From Thermodesulfobacteriota bacterium (GTDB taxonomy: Bacteria > Desulfobacterota > SM23-61): a DNA stretch of 46,078 nucleotides. The notes beneath the pieces were generated by a model. It worked only from the letters and a program-made list of their open reading frames with translations. It was not told the DNA's origin and made no database searches. The DNA lies in NCBI GenBank assembly GCA_049699975.1, contig JBNAWB010000003.1, positions 1 through 46,078 on the forward strand. Reading direction: 5' to 3'. Positions 18,627-28,629 of the stretch are shown in pieces (positions within the stretch are counted from its first letter, which is position 1; every line of letters starts with the position of its first letter). Made by a program: the position numbers and the translations under genes.

Positions 18627-19502
18627 CTACTTTTTTAAGGGGTAATCATACCAGCCTTTACCTGCTTTCTCCCCATAATGACCTTTGATATATCTTTCCA
18701 CCACGCTCGGAGCGGGTAAGTCTGCCCAATCTCCAGTTTCCCGAAAACGCTCCATGGACCTAATATAATTAAGATCAATGCCCGTTAAATCCATTAGCCG
18801 GAAAGGCCCCATTGGATGTCCAGCCCCATACACGCAAGCTTTATCTATATCTTCCGCACTGGCAATCCCCATCTCTAACATCCATAAAGCCTCCCGCGTA
18901 ATCGCCCGGAAAATCCGGTTGAGGAGAAAACCTTCAACCTCTTTTTTGAGCAAAACAGGTATCTTCTCTAATTTCTCCGCCAAGTCCATGGTCACCTTTG
19001 CTGTTTCCTCGGCCACATGGGGACCTTTAACTACTTCCACCAGTTTCATCACCAAAGCCGGATTAAAGAAATGCATATTTACTACTTTCTCTGGCCGCTT
19101 AGTGGCATCAGCTATCCGGGAACTCACCAAATAAGAACTATTTGTAGCCAAGATAGCATGAGGGGGAGTGAGTTTATCTAATTCGGCAAATACTTTTCTC
19201 TTTACCTCCAAAATCTCCACCACCGCCTCGATCACAAAATCGGCATCTTTGGCCGCCTCTTTTAAATCCAAAGTAAAAGAAATATTCTGCCGCGCCTTCT
19301 CCGCGGCTTCTTTAGTCATCTTTCCTTTTTCGACTCGCCCGGGAAGATAGGTATCGGCAAATTTCTCCGCCTTCTGCAAGATCTCGGGTACGACATCTGT
19401 ACAGACCGTTTGGTAACCATGGATCGCGCAGAGAAGAGAAATCTGATGCCCCATATTTCCCGCGCCTACCACACAAATCTTTTTAATATCATCTACCGTC
19501 AT
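18627..19502 (-). CDS. 3-hydroxyacyl-CoA (3-hydroxybutyryl-CoA) dehydrogenase
   Basis: Rossmann motif VVGAGNMGHQISL, NSS...HFFNP region and C-terminal dimerisation domain, in the usual Hbd-like layout. Confidence 0.85.
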   Translation of the reverse strand: MTVDDIKKICVVGAGNMGHQISLLCAIHGYQTVCTDVVPEILQKAEKFADTYLPGRVEKGKMTKEAAEKARQNISFTLDLKEAAKDADFVIEAVVEILEVKRKVFAELDKLTPPHAILATNSSYLVSSRIADATKRPEKVVNMHFFNPALVMKLVEVVKGPHVAEETAKVTMDLAEKLEKIPVLLKKEVEGFLLNRIFRAITREALWMLEMGIASAEDIDKACVYGAGHPMGPFRLMDLTGIDLNYIRSMERFRETGDWADLPAPSVVERYIKGHYGEKAGKGWYDYPLKK

Positions 19503-19532
19503 TTTTCCCCTCCTTTCTGCAATTTGGTCGCT

Positions 19533-20738
19533 TTATTTTTCCTCTCTTTCAATAATCGTAGCTACCCCCTGGCCGCCGCCTACGCAAGCATTAGCCAATC
19601 CGTAACGTCCGCCTTTGAGTTTCAAAATCCGGGCTAAAGTACCTACTAAACGAATACCTGTAGCTCCCAATGGATGACCAATGGCCAGCCCGCCTCCCAT
19701 AACGTTAACGCGGTCTGGGTCGATTCCTAACTCTTTAATACAATAGAGAGGAACGATGGCGAAGGCCTCATTTATCTCCCAGTAATCAATATCCTTAACT
19801 TCCAGGCCGGCAGCGCGTAACGCCTTCTTACTAGCGGGCACAGGACCCATACCCATGACTGTGGGATCAACTCCGGCAAAACCAATAGAGCGAATTGTGG
19901 CCATGGGCGCAATCCCCTTCTTCTGGGCCACATCTTTGGCCATAAGGATCATGGAAGTGGCGGCGGCATTTAAAGGGGAGGAATTTCCGGCCGTAATGAA
20001 CCCATCAGGCTTGTAGGCTGGCTTTAATTCTTTCATCTGGTCTAAGTTTGTATCACCCCGAATAGCCTGATCCCGGTCTACAACCATCATCTTCCCATCC
20101 CCCTGCTCGGCCTCTATGGGTAAAATCTCCTCCTTGAAGAAACCTTCCTGCAGAGCTTTATAAGCCAGCTGATGAGAGCGAACTCCCCAACGATCCATAT
20201 CTTCCTTTGTCAAACCACTCATGGCAAAAAGCTTCTCCGCTGTTAAACCCATATTCATAGTGGTCATCATATCCCAATGCTTATAAGCAGCATCGGTAAA
20301 GAGCCGAGGATTTGGGGATATTGGTCCATCAGGACGAGCTAAAGCTCCCATGGGCACTCTGGTCATATGTTCCATACCGCCCACCATTACTATATCCGCA
20401 AATCCCATGGCAATCTCCATAAAACCTATATGGACGCCAGCCATAGCTGACCCGCATTGCTGATCCACAAATTTGGCGGAGATGGTATAAGGCAAATTGG
20501 CTAAAAATATGGGGAAGCGCCCTCCGTAAGTCCACTGCTCCGAAACTCCTAAAGCTGAGCCGACAATAAAATCATCTATCTCCTCAGGATTAATTCCCGT
20601 GCGCTTGATCAACTCCGGGAGTAGCTTAGCTAAAAGGTCATCGGATCGCACTTTATGAAACCAATCCCGCGGCGGGTCATTGGGCCGCGAACGGGACTGG
20701 GCAGTTCTTAAATAACCAGCAATCACAACTTCACGCAT
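19533..20738 (-). CDS. Acetyl-CoA C-acyl/acetyltransferase (thiolase)
   Basis: Nucleophile context VDQQCGSAM. NEAFA. C-terminal GHPLGATG and NACVGGGQG. Confidence 0.9.
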   Translation of the reverse strand: MREVVIAGYLRTAQSRSRPNDPPRDWFHKVRSDDLLAKLLPELIKRTGINPEEIDDFIVGSALGVSEQWTYGGRFPIFLANLPYTISAKFVDQQCGSAMAGVHIGFMEIAMGFADIVMVGGMEHMTRVPMGALARPDGPISPNPRLFTDAAYKHWDMMTTMNMGLTAEKLFAMSGLTKEDMDRWGVRSHQLAYKALQEGFFKEEILPIEAEQGDGKMMVVDRDQAIRGDTNLDQMKELKPAYKPDGFITAGNSSPLNAAATSMILMAKDVAQKKGIAPMATIRSIGFAGVDPTVMGMGPVPASKKALRAAGLEVKDIDYWEINEAFAIVPLYCIKELGIDPDRVNVMGGGLAIGHPLGATGIRLVGTLARILKLKGGRYGLANACVGGGQGVATIIEREEK

Positions 20739-20807
20739 ACCAAAACCTCCTTTTAATTTTAAAGTGGCCCAGGAGCTGCGCCTGGTTTTTTGACAATCGG
20801 CGAAAAC

Positions 20808-22298
20808 TTACTTTGGTTCTTCGGGATTGACTTTCCGGTCCTCAATGCCGGCAATCTTCTTTACTAATTTTTTTCGATACTCTATATCATATTGAGAAGT
20901 AATCGCTATATTCTCCATAATAGGAGATCCACCTCCATGATAGGCGCCAAATAAATGAATTCCTCCAGTTGCCGAACATAGTAGATCGCCCACATACATC
21001 CATAATTTAGCCGCGTCTTGCGGGTGAACTTCTGGATTACGGGTTATATATTTAAAAAGCAGATCTTTAGTCTCGGGATTCATAAAATCTCCCTCGTAAG
21101 GGAAAGTGGCCGGAATCCCGCCCGAGACGTCACAGAGAATTTCTGCCTCCCGGAAAACTGCTTCGCCGGTCAAACACCGCCCTACATTGGCATAAATAGA
21201 GTGGGGGATATAGTTCCCTGGTCCATAAGGCCGGAAGCCAATCCCCGGGATATAAACTTCAGGTTTCCCTAATTCGGAAGCAGTAAATCCCGCGGCGTAG
21301 CCCAATTCGGCTACGCGGATTATTTCGGCCAACTTATCCCGCACGTGGGAGGCCCGAGCAATACCGTTATACTCTGCGGCCAAGGCCACTGTTCCTAACA
21401 TCAAGTCGCCCAAGGCCGGTTTGCACCCTGAATAACTGTGGCGATGGAAAAGGGCGAAAAGGAGAGCTAAGATACCGCCATGAATTGTCTCTCCACATAG
21501 GAAGACTCTCTCCCAAGGAATAAAGGCGTTGTCGAATATAGTATAGGAATCAGTGGCTCCAGGGGTAAACCCCCGCTTGAAGAACTGCCTTTCCCGCAAG
21601 TTATGTACCGTTACCACTTGTTTAACTCCCTCCCAATCACCGGGAACAGCAAAGGCCACTGCCCAATCCTTTTCCTCGGGGAGTAGGGCGCGGGTAGGTA
21701 CCACTAAAATTTCATCAGCCACAGAAGCTTCCGAGTTATGAACCTTTGATCCGCGCACGACGATGCCATCACTTCTCTTTTCTACTACATGTACATAAAC
21801 ATCAGGATCTTTTTGTTGACTCGGGCGTTTCATGCGATCCCCTTTGACATCAGTCTGGGCGCAGCACCCTACTAAATCTTCTTTTTGAAAACGCGTCAGC
21901 CATTTAATGAAATTTTTATGATATTCCGTAGCCCCATTATTCTGTTTATCCGCCTCGTAAGTCACGGCATAAAGGGCGTTAGCTGCGTCTATGCCCATAC
22001 AACGCTGGATACAGCCTCCGGCTACTTGGCAAAGCAGGCGCGTCATATCCTGTTTTTTATGCAGATCTTCTTTGCTGTGATGAATATGGCAAAAGCGGTT
22101 AATTTTTTCTCCCGTCAAGTGGGAAGTGGCCGTACATAAATCGGCATACTGCGGATCGGCGGCGTAATCGAAAGTAAGTCCTATAGTATTAATCGTCGGC
22201 ATCTGCAGTTCATCGTCGCGATCGATTTTTTGGCCGTTTACATAAATATTTCTCCTCATTTTCCGCAACCCGGCTATGTATTGTTCTTTAGTTCTCAT
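20808..22298 (-). CDS. abfD: 4-hydroxybutyryl-CoA dehydratase / vinylacetyl-CoA isomerase-like enzyme (HpaB-fold, [4Fe-4S] ligands present)
   Basis: 496 aa. C96-x3-C100 (GGCIQRCMG) and H-x6-C (FHRHSYSGCK) match the Cys/Cys/His/Cys cluster ligand pattern known for AbfD. Confidence 0.7.
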   Translation of the reverse strand: MRTKEQYIAGLRKMRRNIYVNGQKIDRDDELQMPTINTIGLTFDYAADPQYADLCTATSHLTGEKINRFCHIHHSKEDLHKKQDMTRLLCQVAGGCIQRCMGIDAANALYAVTYEADKQNNGATEYHKNFIKWLTRFQKEDLVGCCAQTDVKGDRMKRPSQQKDPDVYVHVVEKRSDGIVVRGSKVHNSEASVADEILVVPTRALLPEEKDWAVAFAVPGDWEGVKQVVTVHNLRERQFFKRGFTPGATDSYTIFDNAFIPWERVFLCGETIHGGILALLFALFHRHSYSGCKPALGDLMLGTVALAAEYNGIARASHVRDKLAEIIRVAELGYAAGFTASELGKPEVYIPGIGFRPYGPGNYIPHSIYANVGRCLTGEAVFREAEILCDVSGGIPATFPYEGDFMNPETKDLLFKYITRNPEVHPQDAAKLWMYVGDLLCSATGGIHLFGAYHGGGSPIMENIAITSQYDIEYRKKLVKKIAGIEDRKVNPEEPK

Positions 22299-22317
22299 CT
22301 TTCTCCTCCTTTCGGGT

Positions 22318-23070
22318 TTAATTTTCTTTCTTTTCCGTATTTGGGGGCTCTTTTCCTATTCTGCTCACCTCCTCCTCCATCAAAGCCAGAATTTTCTTGT
22401 ATTCTTGCCGAGAAAGTTTACGGTAAAGATGATAAAAAAAAGCACTCATTATTTCGCGGCCTTTAATCATCCTTTGGGAAAATTCCTCCGGGGTGAGTTT
22501 CTCCAACACGGCCTCCATATAGTATTTATGAGAAAGTACCACAATGTCGCGAAACATGTCGCGGTAAACCTGCAGCGCCTGGGGATCAAAACCGTCTCTG
22601 ACCCCAATTCCTATATTATCCATTTCCACGACCAATTTACCCAAAGTAATGTCGTCCTGAGAATAAATTTTTTGTCCATTCCTTTCTTCGGGAGTTATGA
22701 TTCCCCATTCCTCCATCTTGGGCAACCACCTTTTCCCCAGGCCAGTTTCCTTCCGGAAAGCTTCTTCTCCTATTATTTCTTGCGGCAGGAACTGATCAAT
22801 AGGCCGAAAATATTCCCGGCGCACAGCTAAAAAAGTATTCCGCTCCGGAGATTTCTTGAGGTTCTTTAATATATTTTTGATCACATTCAAAGGCAGAAAA
22901 TAATTATCTTGCAGTTCCTTAATTAAGAGCAGACGTTCCACATAACTTTCATCGTAATCGGCTACATTTCTGCCTTTTTTGACAGGTTTAGGGAGCAGAC
23001 CTTCTCTGATGTAAAAATGAATTGTTTCTTTCCTGACTTTGGTCCTTTTGACCAGGTCCCTGATCTTCAA
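22318..23070 (-). CDS. MerR family transcriptional regulator with a long C-terminal effector domain
   Basis: N-terminal HTH IRDLVKRTKVRKETIHFYIREGLL. It lies 19 nt upstream of the abfD-like gene. Confidence 0.8.
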   Translation of the reverse strand: MKIRDLVKRTKVRKETIHFYIREGLLPKPVKKGRNVADYDESYVERLLLIKELQDNYFLPLNVIKNILKNLKKSPERNTFLAVRREYFRPIDQFLPQEIIGEEAFRKETGLGKRWLPKMEEWGIITPEERNGQKIYSQDDITLGKLVVEMDNIGIGVRDGFDPQALQVYRDMFRDIVVLSHKYYMEAVLEKLTPEEFSQRMIKGREIMSAFFYHLYRKLSRQEYKKILALMEEEVSRIGKEPPNTEKKEN

Positions 23071-23334
23071 GAATTTTCTCCGTCCTCTTTTTAAGGAAAC
23101 TTTTTCCCACTATTAACGAATAAAAGGCTTCTTGTCAAGGACAAATTATTTAATAATATTTTTCTTGACTTTGCTATGTAGCATTTAGTATTACTTATAA
23201 AAATTATTTATGGCCCAAAGCCAACTAATATTATATTTACTTTTCTGGGCCTGGAGAGGGTATATTGGGTCTTTCCTGGTGGAGATAAAATATTATAAAG
23301 TTAGTCGCCATTTTATTTAAAGGAGCCTAAAAAA

Positions 23335-25002
23335 ATGGAAACGAAACCCTGGCATCGTCATTATGATTATAATGTTCCTCTGAGTTTACGTTATCCCCGG
23401 ATCAGCGTAGCTGAGCTTTTGCAAATTCCGGCTAACTCTTTTCCCGACAAAGCTGCTTTGAATTTTTATGGTACAGAACTGACTTTCTGGGAAGTGCGGG
23501 GGCAAGTGCTCCGCTTAGCCAATGCCTTGGGAGCTCTGGGCATGAAAAAAGGAGAACGGGTCGGTCTCCATCTACCCACTTCTCCCCAATATATCATCGC
23601 TTATTATGCCGTCTTGATGTTGGGAGGCATTGTGGTTAATCTTAATCCTATGTACACTGCGGAAGAACTGAAGATGATCGCCGCCAATACGGAATTTACT
23701 ACTTTAATCACCTTCGATATAGTTTTGCCCACCGTGCGTAATTTTTGCCAGCAGGTTTCCATTCCCCGCGTAATTGTGACCAAAATTACGGATTATATTA
23801 AAGGGTTTGGCAAAAGCACGGCGGCTAGTTTAGAATTAGAAAAAAATTGGTGGCACTTTTCGGATTTGATAGAAAACTCCCCCAGTAGCAAAAAACCCAA
23901 AGTGCCAATTCAACCCGAGGAGCCGGCGCTCATTCAGTTCACCGGCGGCACCACCGGAATCCCCAAAGGAGCCATTCTTACTCATGCCAACGTGGTAGCA
24001 GCCACTTTACAATGTTCCCAATGGGGGAACCCGACCATGCAATATACTCCTCCCGAAAGACGATCTGTTCTGGCCATTCTCCCTTTTTTCCATATTTACG
24101 GAAATATTGTCGTTTTAAATTGGGCTATATTTAATTGTGCGACTCAGTTTTTAGTCCCCCGCTTTCAGATTGATGAGCTGATAAGTCTCTTGGCCAACTT
24201 CAAAGAAATTACTTTTTTCCCCACCGTACCTACTATGATCAACGCTATTATCAATCACCCCAAAGCACCTGAGCTGGATCTGGCGCGCAAATTGGGTCTT
24301 TTAAATTCCGGGGCTGCGCCCATGCCTGTAGAACTAATTGAACAAGTCAAAGACATGGGTATATTTTTTACGGAAGGGTATGGCCTTAGTGAGTCAACCT
24401 CTTTGGGAATTGCCAATCCCATTCTGGGCCTAAAAAAAGTAGGGAGTATCGGCATTCCCTTTATTGACAATGATGTGCGCTTAGTAGATGTGCAAGATGG
24501 CAAAGAAGATGTCCCTCCAGGTACCCCCGGGGAGATCATCATGAAGGGGCCTTTGATTATGAAAGGGTATTGGAATAACCCCCAAGAAACAGCGGATCAG
24601 TTAAGAGACGGTTGGCTGTATACAGGGGATGTGGCCATCCAGGATGAGGATGGCTATTTCTTTATCGTGGATCGAAAAAAAGACATGATCATTGCCGGTG
24701 GATTTAATATCTACCCCCGCGAAATTGATGAAGTCCTCTTCCAGCATCCTAAAGTTCAAGAGGCAGTGGCCGTGGGTATTCCTGACCCCTATCGCGGCGA
24801 AACTGTTAAAGCCTACATTGTCTTAAAACCAGGAGAAAAGGCTACGGCTGACGAAATTATTGCTTTTTGCCGGGAAAGATTAGCCGCTTATAAAGTGCCT
24901 AAGATAATAGAATTTCGTGAGTCTCTTCCTAAATCAGCCGTCGGCAAAGTTTTACGCAAAATTCTGCGCGCCGAAGAAGAAGCTAAGAGGAAGAAAGAAT
25001 AA
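23335..25002 (+). CDS. AMP-forming acyl-CoA ligase (long/medium-chain fatty acid-CoA ligase family)
   Basis: AMP-binding motif FTGGTTGIPKGA, plus GYGLSE, YTGD and a C-terminal SAVGKVLRK lysine. RBS AAGGAG upstream. Confidence 0.9.
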   Translation: METKPWHRHYDYNVPLSLRYPRISVAELLQIPANSFPDKAALNFYGTELTFWEVRGQVLRLANALGALGMKKGERVGLHLPTSPQYIIAYYAVLMLGGIVVNLNPMYTAEELKMIAANTEFTTLITFDIVLPTVRNFCQQVSIPRVIVTKITDYIKGFGKSTAASLELEKNWWHFSDLIENSPSSKKPKVPIQPEEPALIQFTGGTTGIPKGAILTHANVVAATLQCSQWGNPTMQYTPPERRSVLAILPFFHIYGNIVVLNWAIFNCATQFLVPRFQIDELISLLANFKEITFFPTVPTMINAIINHPKAPELDLARKLGLLNSGAAPMPVELIEQVKDMGIFFTEGYGLSESTSLGIANPILGLKKVGSIGIPFIDNDVRLVDVQDGKEDVPPGTPGEIIMKGPLIMKGYWNNPQETADQLRDGWLYTGDVAIQDEDGYFFIVDRKKDMIIAGGFNIYPREIDEVLFQHPKVQEAVAVGIPDPYRGETVKAYIVLKPGEKATADEIIAFCRERLAAYKVPKIIEFRESLPKSAVGKVLRKILRAEEEAKRKKE

Positions 25003-25015
25003 AGGAGGGAACTTT

Positions 25016-26170
25016 ATGGGGAAGCGAATTTTAAGGACCAAACTCTGCGACCTCTTGGGCATAGAATATCCCATCGTGTGCGCGGGCATGGGTCCGACCT
25101 TAATCGGAGAAACTACGGGCGCTCCGGTAGAACTCGTCGTGGCCGTTTCGGAAGCAGGAGGGATGGGTGTGTTAGGGGGAGCTGGATACACCATCGAGGG
25201 ATTGCGGGCGGCTATTCGGGAAATTAAGTCCCGAACAGATAAACCATTTGGCGTAGATCTTCTTTTGCCCCAGAAACTCGATGTGGGCGGTGGGCTGGGA
25301 CAAAAGGGAATAGAGGAACTACCTTTATCAGTTATTCTGAAAACCCTCCCTAAGTCTTATCAAGAATGGCTAAAAAAAGTTAGAGAAGAACTGGAGTTGC
25401 CAGAAGTGGAAATAATGGTGCGCATGAATACCACTACCATGCGCCCGCAAGAAGCAATTCAAGTTTGTATTGAAGAAAAAGTGCCGCTCTTTTGCGCTGG
25501 GTTAGGGAACCCTGGTTTCATGATTCCCCAAGCCCACGCCGTCGGAATGAAAGTATTAGGCATCACTGGCAATACCAAAAATGCGCGACGCATGGCTCAG
25601 GCAGGAGTTGATCTGCTCGTTGCTCAGGGATATGAAGGCGGGGGACATACGGGAAGGATTGGAACTATGGCGCTGCTTCCCCAGGCTATCGACGCTGCTT
25701 ATCCAGTTCCAGTACTGGCTGCGGGAGGAATAGGGGATGGACGTGGTTTAGCCGCCGCTTTGGCTATGGGATGTGTAGGCGTTTGGGTGGGGACCCGCTT
25801 CTTAGCCACTAAAGAAGGAGGTGCCTTAGAAATTAATAAACAAAAAATTCTGCAATCTACTGATGAGGATACCAGGGTGAGTAAAGCTTATACAGGTAAA
25901 ACTCTACGGGCCAGTTATAATCGCTTCCATGACCTTTGGGATGGATCGGGATTAGAACCTCTGCCTTTTCCCACCCAAGTCTTGATCTCTTCGGCCCTTT
26001 TGGCCAGCTTTATTAAAAGTGAAAAATATGAGTATGTAGGCGGATTAGCAGGGCAAATATCTGGACTAATTAAAGAAATCAAACCAGCTCGTCAAGTCTT
26101 AGAGGAGATGGTGGAAGAAGCCGTCGATATTTTAACCCGCCGGTTGCCAGCGAATGTAATTGCTAAATAA
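25016..26170 (+). CDS. Nitronate monooxygenase / FabK-like FMN oxidoreductase
   Basis: YPIVCAGMG, AGGIGDGRGLAAALAMG. The ATG at 25016 has AAGGAGG at 25002-25008. The ORF-track start at 24917 overlaps the ligase gene. Confidence 0.8.
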   Translation: MGKRILRTKLCDLLGIEYPIVCAGMGPTLIGETTGAPVELVVAVSEAGGMGVLGGAGYTIEGLRAAIREIKSRTDKPFGVDLLLPQKLDVGGGLGQKGIEELPLSVILKTLPKSYQEWLKKVREELELPEVEIMVRMNTTTMRPQEAIQVCIEEKVPLFCAGLGNPGFMIPQAHAVGMKVLGITGNTKNARRMAQAGVDLLVAQGYEGGGHTGRIGTMALLPQAIDAAYPVPVLAAGGIGDGRGLAAALAMGCVGVWVGTRFLATKEGGALEINKQKILQSTDEDTRVSKAYTGKTLRASYNRFHDLWDGSGLEPLPFPTQVLISSALLASFIKSEKYEYVGGLAGQISGLIKEIKPARQVLEEMVEEAVDILTRRLPANVIAK

Positions 26171-26395
26171 ATATTTTGCGGAAGCAGGAAATTCCACGGA
26201 GCTTTTTTCAATTTTAAATTTGGTTCTTTTCTCCAATTTAGGTGCAAAAATTTGTGGAAAAATGCAATGCCCAATTCAAAAGAGAGCTGAAATTTATATT
26301 ACTTCAAGAATATCGCCCCCTCAACCCCTACCCTAGGAGGTTTAAACTTATTCCCCGGCGCAATTCCTCTCGCCAACAAGACTGAGTCATAATTC

Positions 26396-26496
26396 CATCG
26401 CGAGGGAGCGTAGCGACCGTGGCGATCTCGTAACGCCTTGAAATTAACGAGATGGCCACGCTCCCCCGCCGCAAGTGCGGGGTCGCTCGCCATGAT
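26396..26496 (-). repeat. 101-bp GC-rich repeat element, copy 1 (inverted relative to copy at 36004-36104)
   Basis: The reverse complement aligns at roughly 80% identity by eye to 36004-36104 (atcatggcgagc..cccgcac..gcgggg..ttacgagatcgccacggtcg..gctccctcgcgatg). Similarity continues about 38 nt further, to about 26535. Confidence 0.8.
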
Positions 26497-26829
26497 TAGA
26501 AAGAGGGTGCGACACAGTCTCAACGGAGAGAGACGCTAAAACTCGACCAGGCGAGAAAGTCGGAATCGACTCGTACCGAGGTGAGGGGCCAAAGGAATCT
26601 CAGGCAATAGACTCTTAAATATTTGATAACATATAGAATTTCAACATTGAACACATTTAATCCTGAGCTAAGCCAATGAAGAAGGTTGGGCAAAATAAAA
26701 TAAATGTCAGAAGATTTTTTATTTTTATATTAATATAGGGCAACTAAATTGGAGAGGATCCTTAAATTTTAACCTAAGTTAGGATTAGTGAATCCTCGCG
26801 GGACTAAGGCCGGGCTCTGGCAGAGTCAA

Positions 26830-26867
26830 GCGGGGCTCATTAAAATAAGGCGTGGTTCTTTCATAGC
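26830..26867 (+). repeat. Short dispersed repeat, left-half module (gctcattaaaa.aaggc..ggttctttcat)
   Basis: Matches 33232-33280 and the left half of 30349-30425. Confidence 0.55.
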
Positions 26868-27010
26868 TAAAGCCGGGGAAGATTAAACTTTTTTAAATTT
26901 CGTCCAGCTTGCCCCCGCCTTCCCCTTTTTTAACCATTTAGCGAAAATTGATCGACGCTCAGAAATTCTCCTCTTTTTTTATGTACCGGGCGGCATTATA
27001 ATAATTGACT

Positions 27011-28612
27011 ATGGCTATCCGCATTTTTCCCATCCCCCTTTTTTTAAATGAAGATGAAGCAATTTTGCCGCAGAAAGTAGCTGATATTTTAGGCATCCCA
27101 CTTCACCATATTCAGCGTTGGCGGATTTTAAAAAAATCCCTCGACGCCCGGCAAAAGAAAAAAATCCATTTTGTTTACGCTCTGGAAATTTCCATGTCTT
27201 CGGCCGAAGAGAGCCGAGTTTTGAGCCAGCCTCCAAATAAATTAAAAGTGGAAAAGGTTGCTGTCCCCGTTCCTTCTCCAAGCCCAAAGGTCACCCGTCC
27301 CCTTAAAGAGCGGCCAATAATTATCGGGTCTGGACCGGCAGGTCTTTTCTGTGCTTGGCAACTGGTAACTGCTGGCCTAACTCCTTTAATTATAGAACGA
27401 GGGAAAATGGTGGAAGAACGGATTCGGGATGTAGCCAAATTCTGGGCTGAGGGCATTCTTAATCCGGAAAGCAATGTCCAATTTGGAGAAGGAGGAGCAG
27501 GAACTTTTTCTGATGGCAAATTGTTTACCCGCCTCCATACCCCCTTGATTTCCCAAATTTTAGAAATTTTTGTGCGCTTTGGCGCTCCAGCAGAGATTAC
27601 CTATTGGCAAAAACCCCATATCGGCACTGACCGGCTGCGTAAAGTTATCGCCGCTATGCGCGAATGGCTCAAAGCTCAGGGAGTAGAATTTCAATTTCAA
27701 ACTAAACTTACGGGCTTAAAGATTTCCCGGGGCCAAATTACCGGGGTGATTGTTAACAATGAACGCGAATTGCCGACTTCCATACTTATTTTAGCAATAG
27801 GCCATAGTGCCCGAGATACCTTCCAGATGCTTTACCGGGCCGGAGTGGCTATGGAACCTAAGCCCTACGCTATGGGTGTGCGGATAGAACATCCTCAAAA
27901 TTTAATTAATAAAATTCAATATGGTCCGGCTGCCGGCCACCCAGCTCTGCCTCCCGCGGAATATGCCTTGTCCTTCCGAACTGCCCAAGGCCGGCCCGTT
28001 TACTCCTTTTGCATGTGCCCTGGAGGCGCAGTAATCGCGGCCAGTTCCGAAGAATATAAATTAGTAACCAATGGCATGAGTATGTACCGGCGCAACTCCC
28101 CTTATGCCAATAGCGCTCTGGTAGTAGGAGTTAATCCGGTAGACTTCCCCTCTCCTCATCCCTTAGCCGGAATAGAATGGCAACGCCAGTGGGAAGGAAA
28201 AGCTTACCAGTTAGGAGGCGGCAGGTACCGCGCTCCAGCTCAATCGGTATTGGACTTTTTGCAGGGACGCGAGGCTACTTCCATCAGGCCGACGAGCTTT
28301 AAGCCAGGAATCACTCCTGCTCCTTTGGAGGATTGCTTGCCAAAATTTGTGGTCAATAGCCTGCGGGAAGCGCTTCCTTATTTTCATAAAAAAATGCCTG
28401 GCTTTTCTTCAGCGGAAGCTATGTTAATAGGTGTGGAAACCCGTACTTCTTCGCCGGTGAGAATAACCCGCGGCCCAGATTTTCAATCGCTTACCTTGGC
28501 TGGTCTTTACCCTATTGGGGAAGGTTCAGGGTATGCCGGCGGAATTATCAGTTCGGCCCTGGATGGCCTTAAAGCAGCAAAGGCTATAGTAGAAAAATTA
28601 GCAGGCGGCTAA
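27011..28612 (+). CDS. FAD-dependent oxidoreductase (COG2509-type uncharacterised FAD protein)
   Basis: IIIGSGPAGLFCA dinucleotide motif and C-terminal GEGSGYAGGIISSALDG. ATG at 27011; a TTG at 27005 is an alternative start. Confidence 0.75.
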   Translation: MAIRIFPIPLFLNEDEAILPQKVADILGIPLHHIQRWRILKKSLDARQKKKIHFVYALEISMSSAEESRVLSQPPNKLKVEKVAVPVPSPSPKVTRPLKERPIIIGSGPAGLFCAWQLVTAGLTPLIIERGKMVEERIRDVAKFWAEGILNPESNVQFGEGGAGTFSDGKLFTRLHTPLISQILEIFVRFGAPAEITYWQKPHIGTDRLRKVIAAMREWLKAQGVEFQFQTKLTGLKISRGQITGVIVNNERELPTSILILAIGHSARDTFQMLYRAGVAMEPKPYAMGVRIEHPQNLINKIQYGPAAGHPALPPAEYALSFRTAQGRPVYSFCMCPGGAVIAASSEEYKLVTNGMSMYRRNSPYANSALVVGVNPVDFPSPHPLAGIEWQRQWEGKAYQLGGGRYRAPAQSVLDFLQGREATSIRPTSFKPGITPAPLEDCLPKFVVNSLREALPYFHKKMPGFSSAEAMLIGVETRTSSPVRITRGPDFQSLTLAGLYPIGEGSGYAGGIISSALDGLKAAKAIVEKLAGG

Positions 28613-28629
28613 CGAGAAAAGGAGGTGCC

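Noticed and set aside
22276-22830. 184-aa + strand ORF.
   Set aside because: It is an antisense shadow of the MerR regulator gene, with low-complexity hydrophobic or F/L-rich content.
24917-25015. ORF-track N-terminal extension of the NMO gene that overlaps the acyl-CoA ligase 3' end.
   Set aside because: The extension is K/R-rich junk translated from the ligase frame. A strong AAGGAGG RBS precedes the internal ATG at 25016, where the conserved N-terminus begins.
26299-26523. 74-aa minus-strand ORF (MRLCRTLFLIMASDPALAAGERGH...).
   Set aside because: It lies entirely within the GC-rich repeat element. Such repeats generate spurious ORFs, and there is no RBS or motif.
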